This document shows positions 1 through 11,340 of a stretch of 34,892 nucleotides of DNA, piece by piece; the stretch's first letter is position 1, and every line of letters begins with the position of its first letter. The position numbers were made by a program, and so were the translations under genes. The stretch is from Octopus bimaculoides (Eukaryota): NCBI RefSeq assembly GCF_001194135.2, contig NC_068982.1:149541365-149576256 (forward strand), given 5' to 3'. The notes beneath the pieces are model-generated. The model saw only the letters and a list, made by a program, of their open reading frames with translations, was not told the origin of the DNA and did not search any database.

Positions 1-41
<41 letters not shown>

Positions 42-449
42 AGGCCCAGGCATGACTGCATGGTAAGAAGCTTGCTTCCCAACCACATGATTCTGGGTTC
101 AGTCCCACAGTATGCCACCTTGAGTAAGTGTCTTCTACTATAGCCTCAGGCCGACCAAAGTCTTGTGAGTGCATTTGGTAGAAGGAAATAGATAGAAGCC
201 TGCCACATATATATATATGTATATCTATGTGTGTGTGTCTTTGTGTCTGTCCCCCAACCATCGCTTGACAATGATGTTAGTGTGTTTACATCTCTGTAAC
301 TTAGCAACCTGGCAAAAAATACCAACAGAATAAGTCCTAGGCTTACAAAGAATAAGTCCTCGGGTCGATTTCTGTGACTAAAATATCTTTAAATCGGTGC
401 TCCAGCATGGCTGCTGTCAAATGACTGAATTAAGAAACAGAATAACAGA

Positions 450-450
<1 letters not shown>
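42..450 (+). mobile_element. SINE family A (tRNA-like head, CORE-like segment, internal microsatellite, LINE-like tail), near full length
   Basis: Degenerate A box, B-box-like GGTTCAGTCCC, ACCTTGAGTAAGT core-like motif, internal (TA)/(TG)n, tail CCAGCATGGCTGCTGTCAAATGACTGAA. More than 10 related copies in the window. Confidence 0.9.

Positions 451-520
<70 letters not shown>
451..520. repeat. (TAGA)n microsatellite
   Basis: Direct reading. Confidence 0.97.
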
Positions 521-648
521 CACGCACACACTGGTTTATCATTAGTATTTCACTTGCATCTTTGGCACATCTATGTCATATACATCCATTTAAGTAGGGC
601 TACACTGTTAAATGAACTCCCATTGTATGCACCAATAACAATACAACA

Positions 649-840
649 GTTTCGAATTTTGCTATAATGCCAGCAATTTTAAGGAAGGGTGAATTACATC
701 ACAACCAGTGATCAACTGGAACTTCCGAATTGATGGGAAGACAAAAACAACCTCGGCAGAATTTGAACACAAAACGTAAAGAGTAGGGGAAAATGCCTCT
801 AAGCATTTTGTCTAACTTACTAATAATTCTATTAGCTTGA
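649..840 (-). mobile_element. SINE family C, diverged copy
   Basis: Similar to 30808-31025 and 34567-34780 (CAACCTCGGCAGAATTTGAAC, TAAGCATTTTG). Confidence 0.75.
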
Positions 841-1119
841 TGCATCAGTAATATTCCATGTTCCTAGCTGTCGTATGTCAAGTCTGAATATCGACTTCTG
901 AAAGAATTAGTCTCACTGGTGACCTTCATACATTATTGTGGTATCTATAAAGCACATAATAGATAAGATAGTTTCTTGTTTCAGAAACACTACAAAAAAA
1001 AAAAAGAAGCAAAAATGAATGTATGGCCAGTTTGGCACCATCTAGACTGGAACTCAAAAATGCAAGTTTCCTAGTCAGATGCGGAGCAACTGATCTGATC
1101 ATAGAATATTGTCACCATA

Positions 1120-1168
1120 TTTCTCTCTCTCCCTACTACTTCCAATTATTAATTTTACCTCTCTATTT

Positions 1169-1207
<39 letters not shown>

Positions 1208-1660
1208 ATCTATCAATCAATCTTCTGTTTTCTTGATACATGTATATATTTCTCTCTCTCTTTTTCCCTCTCCCTCCAACCCCCTTTTTTGTTCTCTCTG
1301 CTCTCACTCTTTATTTTTGACTTACACTCTCTCTCTCATCCCTCACTTTAATCATCTCTCTGTGTATCCCCCTCTCCCACCTCTCCTCCTGTGCTCCCAA
1401 TGCAGTTCTGTCTCACTCCTTTTCTCTCTCCCTCCAGCTTTCTCTCTCTCGCTCTCTCTATCTTTCCCCTTTTTTCTCTCTCTCTCTCTCTGTCTCTCCC
1501 TCTCTTTCCCTCTCTTTCACTTACACACATACTCTCTCATCTCCTCTCTGCCTATTCCTTTCTCTCATTCCTCCATCTCTCTATCCTTCCCTCTCTCCCT
1601 ATCCCCCTCTTTCTCTCTCTCTCACTGTAATTTCTTTCCTTTCCTATCTCCCTCACTCTT
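1120..1660. repeat. Degenerate (CT)n / polypyrimidine low-complexity tract
   Basis: Direct reading; source of the spurious 231-aa Leu/Ser ORF. Confidence 0.95.
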
Positions 1661-2302
1661 TCAACATATAGAAGTTCATGAGCTCAGCATTTTGTCTCCA
1701 GTTTGGAAATTTAATTAAAATGTAAAACACAGAACAAATCAGAGACAAAATTTCCCATTCCACTGTTTTTTTGTTTTTTTTTTTTTTTTTTTTTTTCATT
1801 TTTATTCCAAAAAATCAATGACTGACGTTTTAGTGTATTTTTTTTATATTTTTCTTTTCCCAGATTTAATTTTTATGTTTGTTTAGACTGTCAATAGTAT
1901 TTTTTTCTTTTCTTTAATGGTAGCAGATGGTTTAAGAAAGTCCTGTTTCTTCTTGACTTATTTTCTTCAGTTCTTTTTTTCCTTTACATTTTCACTCCTA
2001 CACCTAAACACACATACACATGCATACTCACACACACAAACACACACACACTTACATACACATGTATGCTCATACACACATGCTCATGCATGCGTGCGTG
2101 CTTGTGCACGAATGCAAAGAAAAGTTTGAATAAGTCATAGATCCAGCAAAATTCAGAATTCCCTGTCAAATAAATTATAATCCATATATTAGTCTCTGAA
2201 AGCATTAAGCCTTATACTTTTTCCATCAATGTTCATTGAGTTTATGCATATGAAAACAGTTATTCTTAACGATACATACATACATACATACATATATATA
2301 TA

Positions 2303-2725
2303 TCATCACCATCATCATTTAACGTCCGCTTTCCATGGGTTGGACGATTTGACTGAGGACTGGCGAACCAGATGGCTGCACGAGGCTCCAATCTGATTTG
2401 GCAGTTTCTACAGCTGGATGCCCTTCCTAATGCCAACCACTCCGGCAATATAGGCAATATACTGTGCTTGAGAAGACTTGTGAAGCCAAGTGAGATTGTA
2501 GTCATGGCCGATGCCAGTGTTTCGTAACTGGCATGTATGCCAGTGAAACATAAAAAGCACCTACTATACTCAAGGCCAGTCAGGCGGTACTGGCAACGGC
2601 CACGCTCAAAATGGTGTATTTTACGTGCCACCTGCACAGGAGCCAGTCCAGCGGCACTGGCAACGACCTCACTCGAATGTCTTTTCACATGCCACCGGCA
2701 CAAGTGTCAAGAAGGCTACGCTGAT
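2303..2725 (-). mobile_element. RTE LINE 3'UTR fragment (family B) with (GAT)n tail
   Basis: Starts (CAT)n-TTTAACGTCCGCTTTCC; same 3'UTR follows the RTE ORF remnant at 32683-32981. Confidence 0.85.
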
Positions 2726-2751
2726 ATAAATATATACACGCACACACATAT

Positions 2752-2956
2752 ATATGTAAGATTAAAATCAATAACAATTTAAAAGCAGAACTAATCTTGT
2801 GAACATTACTGACTGCACATACTCCATGTATGTGTTTTGTTTGTTTGCCAGTTTGCTGTGGTATAGTACTTGGGAAATAACTCCCTCATATACGCTGAGT
2901 GTTAAAACACTTGAGAGTCATAGACAGGAGAGACAATTTGCATTCAAATGAATTCA
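2752..2956 (+). repeat. Left arm of ~205-bp inverted repeat (partner 4333-4538)
   Basis: About 13 differences over ~205 nt versus reverse complement of 4333-4538, counted by eye. Confidence 0.92.
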
Positions 2957-3376
2957 TCCTTCAAAACAACTATTCTCGTCTTCTTGGCTCCAAGACTGTT
3001 TGTCCTTGTCCACCGTCCTAAATCAGACTCTGTGTCATTTTGCTTGTTTTGTTTCATTTTGTTTGCTCTTGTCCCTAATTCTAGGCAAGAAGACTTTTTT
3101 TGCAGGCACCACCAATTGGGAAGCACTCCGTCTCATCGTGAAAGGTGCAAAACTGAACAGTACCACTGGTCAATAACTGATGAAGAGTTATGGGCTTTCT
3201 GTTTGTCTCCCATTCATTTTTACATTCAGTATACATAACATCGTTTATTTATACATTTTTCATTTATAACATTTATAAATATAAATATATATATATATAT
3301 TGATAGAAATGGCAAGACAACAAAAGAATGAATGTGACCTCGATATTATGTAAATAGAGGAATTTTTGTCACATAT

Positions 3377-3447
<71 letters not shown>

Positions 3448-4149
3448 TTAAATAATCAGAAAATTGAGAAAACTTTTGGTCCACACACAAGCAAATTGAA
3501 CCACATCGGTTGAATATTTTTTAATACAAAACATGACATAACATTTGTATACATATGTATATCTATCTATATATATATATATATATATATACTCACACAT
3601 ACACATGTGTGTGTGTGATATATATGTGAGTATATATGAAAATTCTAAGTACAGCAAAATATCAAGACTAACCAGTATAATATATACCTCTAAGAGCTAT
3701 TAAACCTCATTGGCTTATTCAAACACACGCACACACATGCACACGTGCACACAAACAAACACACACACACACACACTTACCATGCCATATTTAAATGATA
3801 TTTCAAGTAGTGGAAACTAGATCCGCTTGATATTAGATAACGGATGACCACAGCATCCATTCTATTTAGTTTAATGTAGAATAATTTTCAACTCTGTCAT
3901 GTCACTGACACAACATGATAAAACAAACAAAATAAATATACAAACAAACAAATAAATAAATTAAAGCAAAATAAATAATCTAAACAGTTAGTGTTTGTTA
4001 CTAAGAATTTGAAGAGGTGATCAATCTTTTTTTCCCTTCTCAGTCAGAAGTATAAATATAGAAGTGTTTTATCATAGCTCTCTTCTCTGTTTTTATATAC
4101 ACACATGCAGAAAAACACAGGTGTATACACACGCATGCACATACACCCA

Positions 4150-4810
4150 TAAGCTGTTTTTAATTCGTTTTTTAATTTAACCATACCTAAGCATCACTGT
4201 GGTGTACCAGCAATAGTTCTTACACTATTTATATATAGTCATTGACTGGTGATTCTATTTGTTCCTGGTTCAATTCAGCTACATGATGCTGGTAAGCCAC
4301 AAAGATGGCAAAATACTGGCATCCATCACACCTGAATTCATTTGAATGCAAGTTGTCTCTCCTGTCTATGACTCTCAGGTGTTTTAAACATCCAGCATAT
4401 ATGAGGGAGTTATTTCCCAAGTACTATACCACAGCAAACTGACAAACAAACAAAACACATACATTGAGTATGTGCAGTCAGTAATGCTCACAAGACTAGC
4501 TCTGCTTTTAACTTATTATTGATTTTAATCTTACATATGTATCACTGTGTTATACCAGCAAATAGTTCTTACACTATTTATATATAGTCATTGACTGGTG
4601 ATTCTATTTGTTTGTGATTCAATTCAGGCACGTGGTGCTGGTAAGCTGCAAAAAATGGCAAAATATCGGCGTCCACCACTTCTGAAGTCATCTGAATGCA
4701 AGTTGTCTCTCCTGGCTATGACTCTCACTCAGGTGTTTTAACACCCCCTAAGTACTCTACTGCAGCAAACAAACAAAACACATAGAATGAGTATGTGCAG
4801 TCAATAATGT
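4150..4810. repeat. Diverged tandem dimer, 348-bp period
   Basis: ATCACTGTG at 4193 and 4541; shared AATAGTTCTTACACTATTTATATATAGTCATTGACTGGTGATTCTATTTG and GAATGCAAGTTGTCTCTCCTG. Confidence 0.92.
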
Positions 4811-4817
4811 ATATATA

Positions 4818-5075
4818 TCATCATCATCAATGTTTTACATTTGCTTTCCATGCTGGCATGGGTTGGACAATTTGACATGGCGCCGGTTAGCAATGCTATC
4901 CAGACTCTGATTGTTTGTTGCGGTGTGGTTTCTATAGCTGGATGCCCTTCCTAATGTCAACCACTTAACAGAGTGTACAGGATCTGTTTTACATGCCACC
5001 AGCACAGGTGCATTTATGCAGTACCAGCAGAGGTGCATCAACACAACATTGGCATGGGTGCTTTTTAAGTGCCAT
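4818..5075 (-). mobile_element. RTE 3'UTR fragment (family B)
   Basis: (CAT)n start, GCTGGATGCCCTTCCTAATG motif; truncates the second unit of the tandem dimer. Confidence 0.8.
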
Positions 5076-5196
5076 ACACACACATACACATATTCATGTG
5101 TGTGTGTAAGGTTTGCTAAGTGATATATAAGAACATGCATCTACTGATTAAGAACTTACTGACAGTAAAATAAAGTCAAATTATTTGGACATTCAT

Positions 5197-5735
5197 TGCC
5201 CCATACTGCAACTGGGTTCTGGCTGCCAGAAGTTTCAAGGATAATATTAGTTACATGCCAAAGCCTAGTCCCTGCAAGAGAAAGCACCACCGGAAGGTAC
5301 TGTGGTTCACAAAGCCATTCTCTTTTAACATTAAGACCAGAGTAGGTAAGATCTTCCTTAATTTAGTTGATAGACACTTCTCCCATACCAATAGATTCAA
5401 CAAAATATTTAATAGACATACCTTGAGATTATCTTTTAGCTGTGCATCTAATATAAAAAAGATTTTAGTAGGTAGACCCAGTCCCAATACTGAGGCAGGA
5501 TGCTCATGCAGGGGTAACTTGCCCACTAAACAGCCACTGCAATACAGAAACAGTTGTTTATGAGGCAGAAGTAACAGCAACAGGATCCAATGGACAACCA
5601 AGCATGCAGAAGTATGTGGGGGCAACAGAAGGCCACTTCAGAACTTGCTTTAATAACCACAAGTCCTCCTTCAACATCCCATAGAGATGTAATGCCACAA
5701 CCCTAGCCAAACACATCTGGGTTTTGAAAAAAAAA
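5197..5735 (+). mobile_element. Penelope-like element, decayed ORF C-terminus with GIY-YIG endonuclease
   Basis: ORF 5255-5563 RKVLWFTKPFS..VGKIFLNLVDRHF..KIFNRHTLRLSFSC matches the PLE linker WFNPPF/KIFNRNT/SYSC pattern. After a frameshift, 5553 on reads VVYEAEV..KYVGATEGHFRTCFNNHKSSF..NATTLAKHIWVLK, a GIY-YIG pattern with conserved R and NH. Confidence 0.88.
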
Positions 5736-6279
5736 CGCCACAGAGTACAGCATAGAGTTTGACCAAGCACAAACCAATGCACTCATGTATCCATGTACAC
5801 ACACGCACACCCCTATAAGGTGGACACCCCACCCAACACATACCCCTTCACACAAATTGTACCTCCACATATACACAGACCCCACACACATACATTACAC
5901 ACTGCACGCTAATATAATCCTCACCACACACACACACACAAACACACACACATTATCCTTTACAGAAAGAAAACAGACCAACAAACACAGCTATATATAT
6001 ACCTACACCCCCGGAAAAAACTATACATATGACACCGCTAAAAATACCACACACCGCAGCCCCACAGGACCACCACATTAATAATACACACTTTCTCCAC
6101 TTGAAGATAACTCTTGCCAGTTTCACAGTATACCCAATCAAGGGACATAACTCCTAATCTAAACCTCTATGACAGTGACATCATCCACATATGCAGACAG
6201 ATAGATAGAAAGATGAATGGATGAATGGATGGACAGATGGATGACCAGATGGACAGACAGATAGACAGATAGATAGGTA

Positions 6280-7545
6280 TTAGGTCATCAAGTATGAAAT
6301 TTGTAGTAAGGTATCCAGCTGCTCATTTTGTGTCATTATTATATTTTGACAATCTTTATTTTTTTGTTAGAAAGCTGACATTTATTTCTTTATTCTAACT
6401 CATTTTGAACTTTATAAATTATTTATAAACCGATTTTTGTTATTTTTGCTTAGAGATGGATAAGTCAGAAATTCGTACAGTTTTGAAATATGAGTTCTTT
6501 CTTGGGAATACAGCATCACAGATAGCTTGGAATATTAATAAAATATTTCATTCTAATGTTATTAGACAGCAGACAATATCAAATTGGTTTGCAAAATTTC
6601 ATTCTGGTAACTTTGACCTCACAGATTAGCAACATGGTCAACCATGGTGGATAATGACAAACTGAAAGCCACCGTCAAGTCAAATCCATCTCAAAGTGCC
6701 CGTGAATTATCATTATTGTTTGGTGTTAGCAAGCAAACAATATTGACTCACCTAGTTCAAATTGGTAAAGTGTAAAAGTTGGATAAGTGGGTTCCATATG
6801 AACTCAATGAAAATCAGAAACAGCAACATTTGGAAGCCTGCATTATGCTACTTTCTCGTCACAAGAATGAATCCTTTTTGAATCGAAGTGTAACATGTGA
6901 TGAGAAATGGATTCAGTACAACAACCATAAACGTTCAGTATAATGGTTGGACAAAGATGAGCCACCAAAACACAGTCCAAAAGTAAAATTCATCAAAAGA
7001 AGCTGATGGTGTGTGTTTGGTGGTCTGGCATAAGTGTGATCCATTATTATTTCATTAAACCTGGTTCATCAATCACAGCTGAAGTATACTGCAGCCAACT
7101 GGACCAAATGATGCAGAAACTAACAAAAAAAACAGCCTAGATTAGTCAAAAGATCCACTCCTATTTTATTGCAAGACGGCGCCAGACCACACATTGCAAA
7201 AAGGACATTGACGAAAATACACAAGTTGGAGTTGTAAGTTTTCCATCATCCACCATATTCACTTGATCTTGTCCCCACTGACTACCACTTCTTCCAGAAT
7301 TTGGATAACTTTTTGATAGGAAAAAAATTTAATTCCGATGATGCTGTAAAACAGACCTTCCAAGATTTTATTGACTCTAGATTGTCAGACTTTTACAGTT
7401 CTGAGCTGGACAAGCTACCGCTGAAATGGCAAAAGTGTATTGACAATATGGGTGCATACTTTGATGAATAAAACTACTCCTTGTATGTATAAAACATTCA
7501 CAAACTTTTTCTCTTTTCTATATAATTTCATACTTGATGACCTAA
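6280..7545 (+). mobile_element. Mariner DNA transposon (D34D), full length, inactive
   Basis: Perfect 21-bp TIRs TTAGGTCATCAAGTATGAAAT (6280-6300; reverse complement 7525-7545). TA on the left flank; right flank is TT. Confidence 0.95.
6456..7471 (+). pseudogene. Mariner transposase pseudogene with stops and frameshifts
   Basis: MDKSEIRTVLKYEF start, WVPYEL (6788), TCDEKW, QDGARPH-x-YSLDLVPTDY with exactly 34 residues between D2 and D3, end WQKCIDNMGAYFDE*. Stops at 6627 and within the catalytic domain; at least 3 frameshifts. Confidence 0.95.
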
Positions 7546-7923
7546 TTTGTAGGTAGGTAAACAGACAGGTAAGTAGGTTAGCTGGCAGGTAGGCTGACCG
7601 ACTAACTAACAGGCTGACTGACTTATATTCAGGCCAACAAGCAGGTAGAGAGGCAGGCAGATGGCAGATATAGGGTAAGATTAATGATATTTGCTAAGGT
7701 CATCATTTACTGTTGTTCTTTGGGTGGATTGCAGTCAGTAAAATAAGTACCTGTTGAGTAGTGGAGTCAATGTAATTGACTAAGCCCCTCGCCCTTAATT
7801 TATAGTGAAAAGTATTATATTACTTCTTGCTGGCTTTAGAATTGATCTCACTTCCCAACTGGATAAAGTTTCTTGCCAATGTTTTAATGGTCAAATGATA
7901 TACCAATGAAGAAACTTTTTTCA

Positions 7924-8080
7924 AGCATGGCTGCATGGTAAGAACTTTATACCCCAACCACATGGTTTCGAGTTCAGTCCCACAGCATGGCACCTTTGGC
8001 TTGTGTCTTCTACTATAGCCTGTAGCTGGCCAAAGCCTTGTGGGTGGATTTGGTAGATGGAAACTGAAAGAAACTCATAG

Positions 8081-8111
<31 letters not shown>

Positions 8112-8318
8112 TTGTATCTCTGTCTCCCACCATGACTTGACAACCAACAAGTGTTGGTGTGTTTACATCCCTGTAACTTCACAGTTTGGCAAAATGCACT
8201 GATAGAATAAGTACCAGGCTAAAAAAAATGTGGGGGTCAATTCATTTGACTAAAACTTTTCAAGGAAGTGCCCCAGCATGGCCACAGTTGAATGACTAAA
8301 ACAATTAAAAGACAAAGA
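7924..8318 (+). mobile_element. SINE family A
   Basis: Head, (TG)n, body and CCCCAGCATGGCCACAG tail as in other copies. Confidence 0.9.
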
Positions 8319-8429
8319 TAATTATCATTAGCATATGATTCCATCAGATTCTATTTGAAACTTTCAAATGGCCCAAGCGTTTATATCCAGCAGATGAATC
8401 AGATTCTATTTTGCTATTGTCATTTGAGT

Positions 8430-8845
8430 CTCATGGAGGTGATGACATGTGTCTGAGGTTTTTGGTGACATGCTGTGCTCGAGAAGATATGTCAAGCTAA
8501 GTGAAATCATAGTTGTAGCCAGTGACGATGACATCTGAAGGACACTTGTGCCAGTGACATGCAAAATTCAGCCATGACGGTGACACATAAAAGGCACCTG
8601 TACCAATAACATGTAAAGGGCACCCACACCGGTGACATGTAAAAGACACCCGTGCCAGTGACACAAAAAAGAAACCCAGTAGACTCTACAGAGTGATTGG
8701 CATTAGGAAGGGCATCCAGCTATAGAAACCAAGCCAAAACAGGCTGGAACCTAGTTCAGCTCTCTGGCTTATCAGTTCCAGTCAAACCATCTTACCCATG
8801 CCAGCATGAAAAATAGACACTAGATGATTATAATGATGGCGATGA
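8430..8845 (+). mobile_element. RTE ORF end plus 3'UTR (family B), diverged
   Basis: TGCTGTGCTCGAGAAGATATGTCAAGCTAAGTGA (AVLEKICQAK*), GGAAGGGCATCCAGCT, degenerate GAT tail. Confidence 0.75.
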
Positions 8846-8889
8846 TTTGCCTGGTAGAATACATTTTCTCAATGGAATTTTATCTCCAT

Positions 8890-9175
8890 TTTTCTCCTTA
8901 TGTTTATGGTGTCCTCCACCTATGATCATGAATAATGTATAATGACTGAAAGAGTACAATTGCAAGTACAAGTGGCCAAAATGGGCTTTTTTTTTAAGGA
9001 TCTCTGGAGTAGTGTTACTCAACAGAGTGCATAGCTTGGAGATCAAGGAGTCTGCTCAGGTTAAGCCACTACTTCTCCACAAGGAGAGGTCACAGTCCTG
9101 GTACTGCAGACATGTGATTAGAATGTCACAGAAAAGCCGAGCCAACTACCGAGGGGTAGACCAAGAACTAGATGG
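8890..9175 (+). mobile_element. Second RTE-clade family (Expander/Rex3-like) RT C-terminal fragment
   Basis: TYDHE*CIMTERVQLQVQVAKMGF..RISG..NRVHSLEIKESAQVKPLLLHKERSQSW..HVIRM parallels TYGHELWVMTER..IQAAEMSFLR..VEPLLLHIERSQLRW.GH..RM (recalled consensus). Confidence 0.8.
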
Positions 9176-9544
9176 TTACTCTTTTACTTGTTTCAGTCAT
9201 TTGACTGTGGCCATGCTGGAGCACCGCCTTTAGTTGAGAAAATCGACCCCAGGACTTATTCTTTGTAAGCCTAGTACTTATTCTATCAGTCTCTTTTGCC
9301 AAACCACTAAGTTACGGGGACGTAAACACACCAGCATCGGTTGTCAAGCGATGTTGGGGGACAAACAGACAACATACACACACATATATATACTTATATA
9401 TGTTTCCATCTACCAAATCCACTCACAAGGCTTTGGTCTGCCCAAGGCTATAGTAGAAGACACTTGCCCAAGGTGCCATGCAGTGGGACTGAACCCACAA
9501 CCATGTGGTTGGTAAGCAAGCTACTTATCACACAGCCACTCCTG
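9176..9544 (-). mobile_element. SINE family A, full length, little diverged
   Basis: Reverse complement of head GGAGTGGCTGTGT through tail GAAACAAGTAAAAGAG. Confidence 0.93.
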
Positions 9545-9950
9545 GTTGATTATTTATAATAAATATCTTTTCATGGATTGTGTAATATATAAATTTTTAT
9601 TTAAATATCACAAATAAATAAGTTGCTTAATAGTTGTCTATAATTATAAGATTTCGAGTATAGACATGTAAATTATATACTTGCTTGTTTAATGAAACTT
9701 ATTGATATTATAATTGTTTTATAAATATAATGTTATTTTCATTGTATTCATTATTAATAATTAACTATTATCCATAGTCTTAGTTGGTTACACTTGGAAA
9801 TCCAGCCAGAAAGTATGATAGTTGCTTACAGTAGGACCCTATGGAGGAAGTGCAAGAGGACTTTATTCCCATGACCCTCTCTGGGATAATGGGCAGAGAA
9901 AATGGATGAATAAATGGATGGAATTCATTTCTTTTATTACTATATGACAT

Positions 9951-10111
9951 TGCAGGAGTGGCTGTGTGGCAAGTAGCTTGCTTACAAACCACATAGTTCT
10001 GGGTTCAGTCCCACTGTGTGGCGTCTTGGTCTAATGTCTTCTACTATAGCCTTGGGCCAACCAAAACCTTGTGAGTGGATTTGGTAGATGGAAACTGAAA
10101 GAAGCCCATCG

Positions 10112-10157
<46 letters not shown>

Positions 10158-10401
10158 TGTGTGTGTGTGTGTGTGTATGTATATGTTTGTGTTTGTGTGT
10201 CTGTGTTTGTCACCCCACCATTGCTTGACAACTGGTGTTGGTGTGTTTACATCCCCGTAACTTAGCGATTTGGCACAAGAGACCCATAGAATAAGTAACT
10301 AGGTTTACAAAGAATAAGTCTTGGGGCCGATTTGTTTGACTAAACGTGGTGCTCCAGCATGGTCACAGTAAAATGACTGAAACAGATAAAAGAATTAAAG
10401 A
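9951..10401 (+). mobile_element. SINE family A, full length
   Basis: TGCAGGAGTGGCTGTGTGG head, GGTTCAGTCCC, long (TG)n, tail. Confidence 0.93.
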
Positions 10402-10404
10402 ATA

Positions 10405-10617
10405 ACAGTAAGCTGGCAGAATTGTTAGAACACCGGGCAAAATGCTTAGCAGTATATTGTCCATCTTTACATTCTGAGTTCAAATTCCAACAAGGTCAAT
10501 TTTGCCATTCATTCTATCAGGGGTCAATAAAAATAAGTACCATCTGAGGACTGGGATCAATGTAATCAACTTACTCCCTCTCACGAACTTGCTGGCCTTG
10601 TGCCAAAGCTTGACACC
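10405..10617 (+). mobile_element. SINE family C
   Basis: AGCTGGCAGAATTGTTAG A-box-like, GAGTTCAAATTCC B box, GGCCTTGTGCCAAA end. Confidence 0.88.
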
Positions 10618-10658
10618 GTTATTATACAGCCCTGCATAGCTGCTGTCAACATGTTTAA

Positions 10659-10949
10659 CTCATTACGTACCAGTGATCTCATATGAGATCACTTAAAAAT
10701 TACAAATTTCGTAATTATCTGTCAATATTTACACATATCTAACCTGTTTGCTATATCTACTAGATATATTTCTCTGATATTCAAATGAGGTTTGCTAATT
10801 TTTCACCCAATATCTCGCTTATTTCTATTTAAAATGTTATTTTGAAATGTTATTTTGATCATTCCAGCGTGTTTCTAAGGCTGTTTTATGCTAGAAACCA
10901 AAGTTTCATAAACAAAATTCCAGTTAATAGAATTATGAGAGGTAATGGG
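10659..10949. mobile_element. piggyBac-type MITE
   Basis: TTAA at 10655-10658 and 10950-10953; termini CTCATTAC / GTAATGGG (7/8 inverted match); subterminal 20-bp palindrome. Confidence 0.7.
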
Positions 10950-11308
10950 TTAAGATGAGTGTCAAAAATAATGTATGATAAATACATTGCTGTAAAGCAA
11001 AATTTGGTCTGTCGCTGGTTTCTGTCATTTGATTGTGGTCATGTTAAGGCATTCTTCCTGAAGGCTTTGTCTGTCACATTAATTTAATATCTATTTTAGT
11101 CTGGTTCTTTCTTTATCAATTTCTATTTGTCAGTCTGATAAATTACAGGTTTTATGTTAACACAGCATAAGCAATAAAATATTTTAATTAGTGAGTTTGA
11201 ATGTGTTTATTCAGTGAGTCTGAGGATGCAGAAATGGACACATATACACATAGAGATATATATGCATGTGTGTGTGCATATGTGTGCATGTGCACTTGCA
11301 AGTGTGTA

Positions 11309-11340
<32 letters not shown>

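Noticed and set aside
42-130. tRNA-like A/B boxes here and in other SINE heads
   Set aside because: No cloverleaf, and each continues into a multicopy SINE body; not tRNA genes.
1023-1718. 231-aa ORF
   Set aside because: Stop-free because of the (CT)n tract.
3177-3210. Second CTGATGA-AGAG hammerhead-like start
   Set aside because: No GAAA box or closing stems downstream.
3776-3930. Minus-strand donor ATG|GTAAGT
   Set aside because: Upstream acceptor with a good tract gives stops in all frames; the donor abuts a (CA)n repeat.
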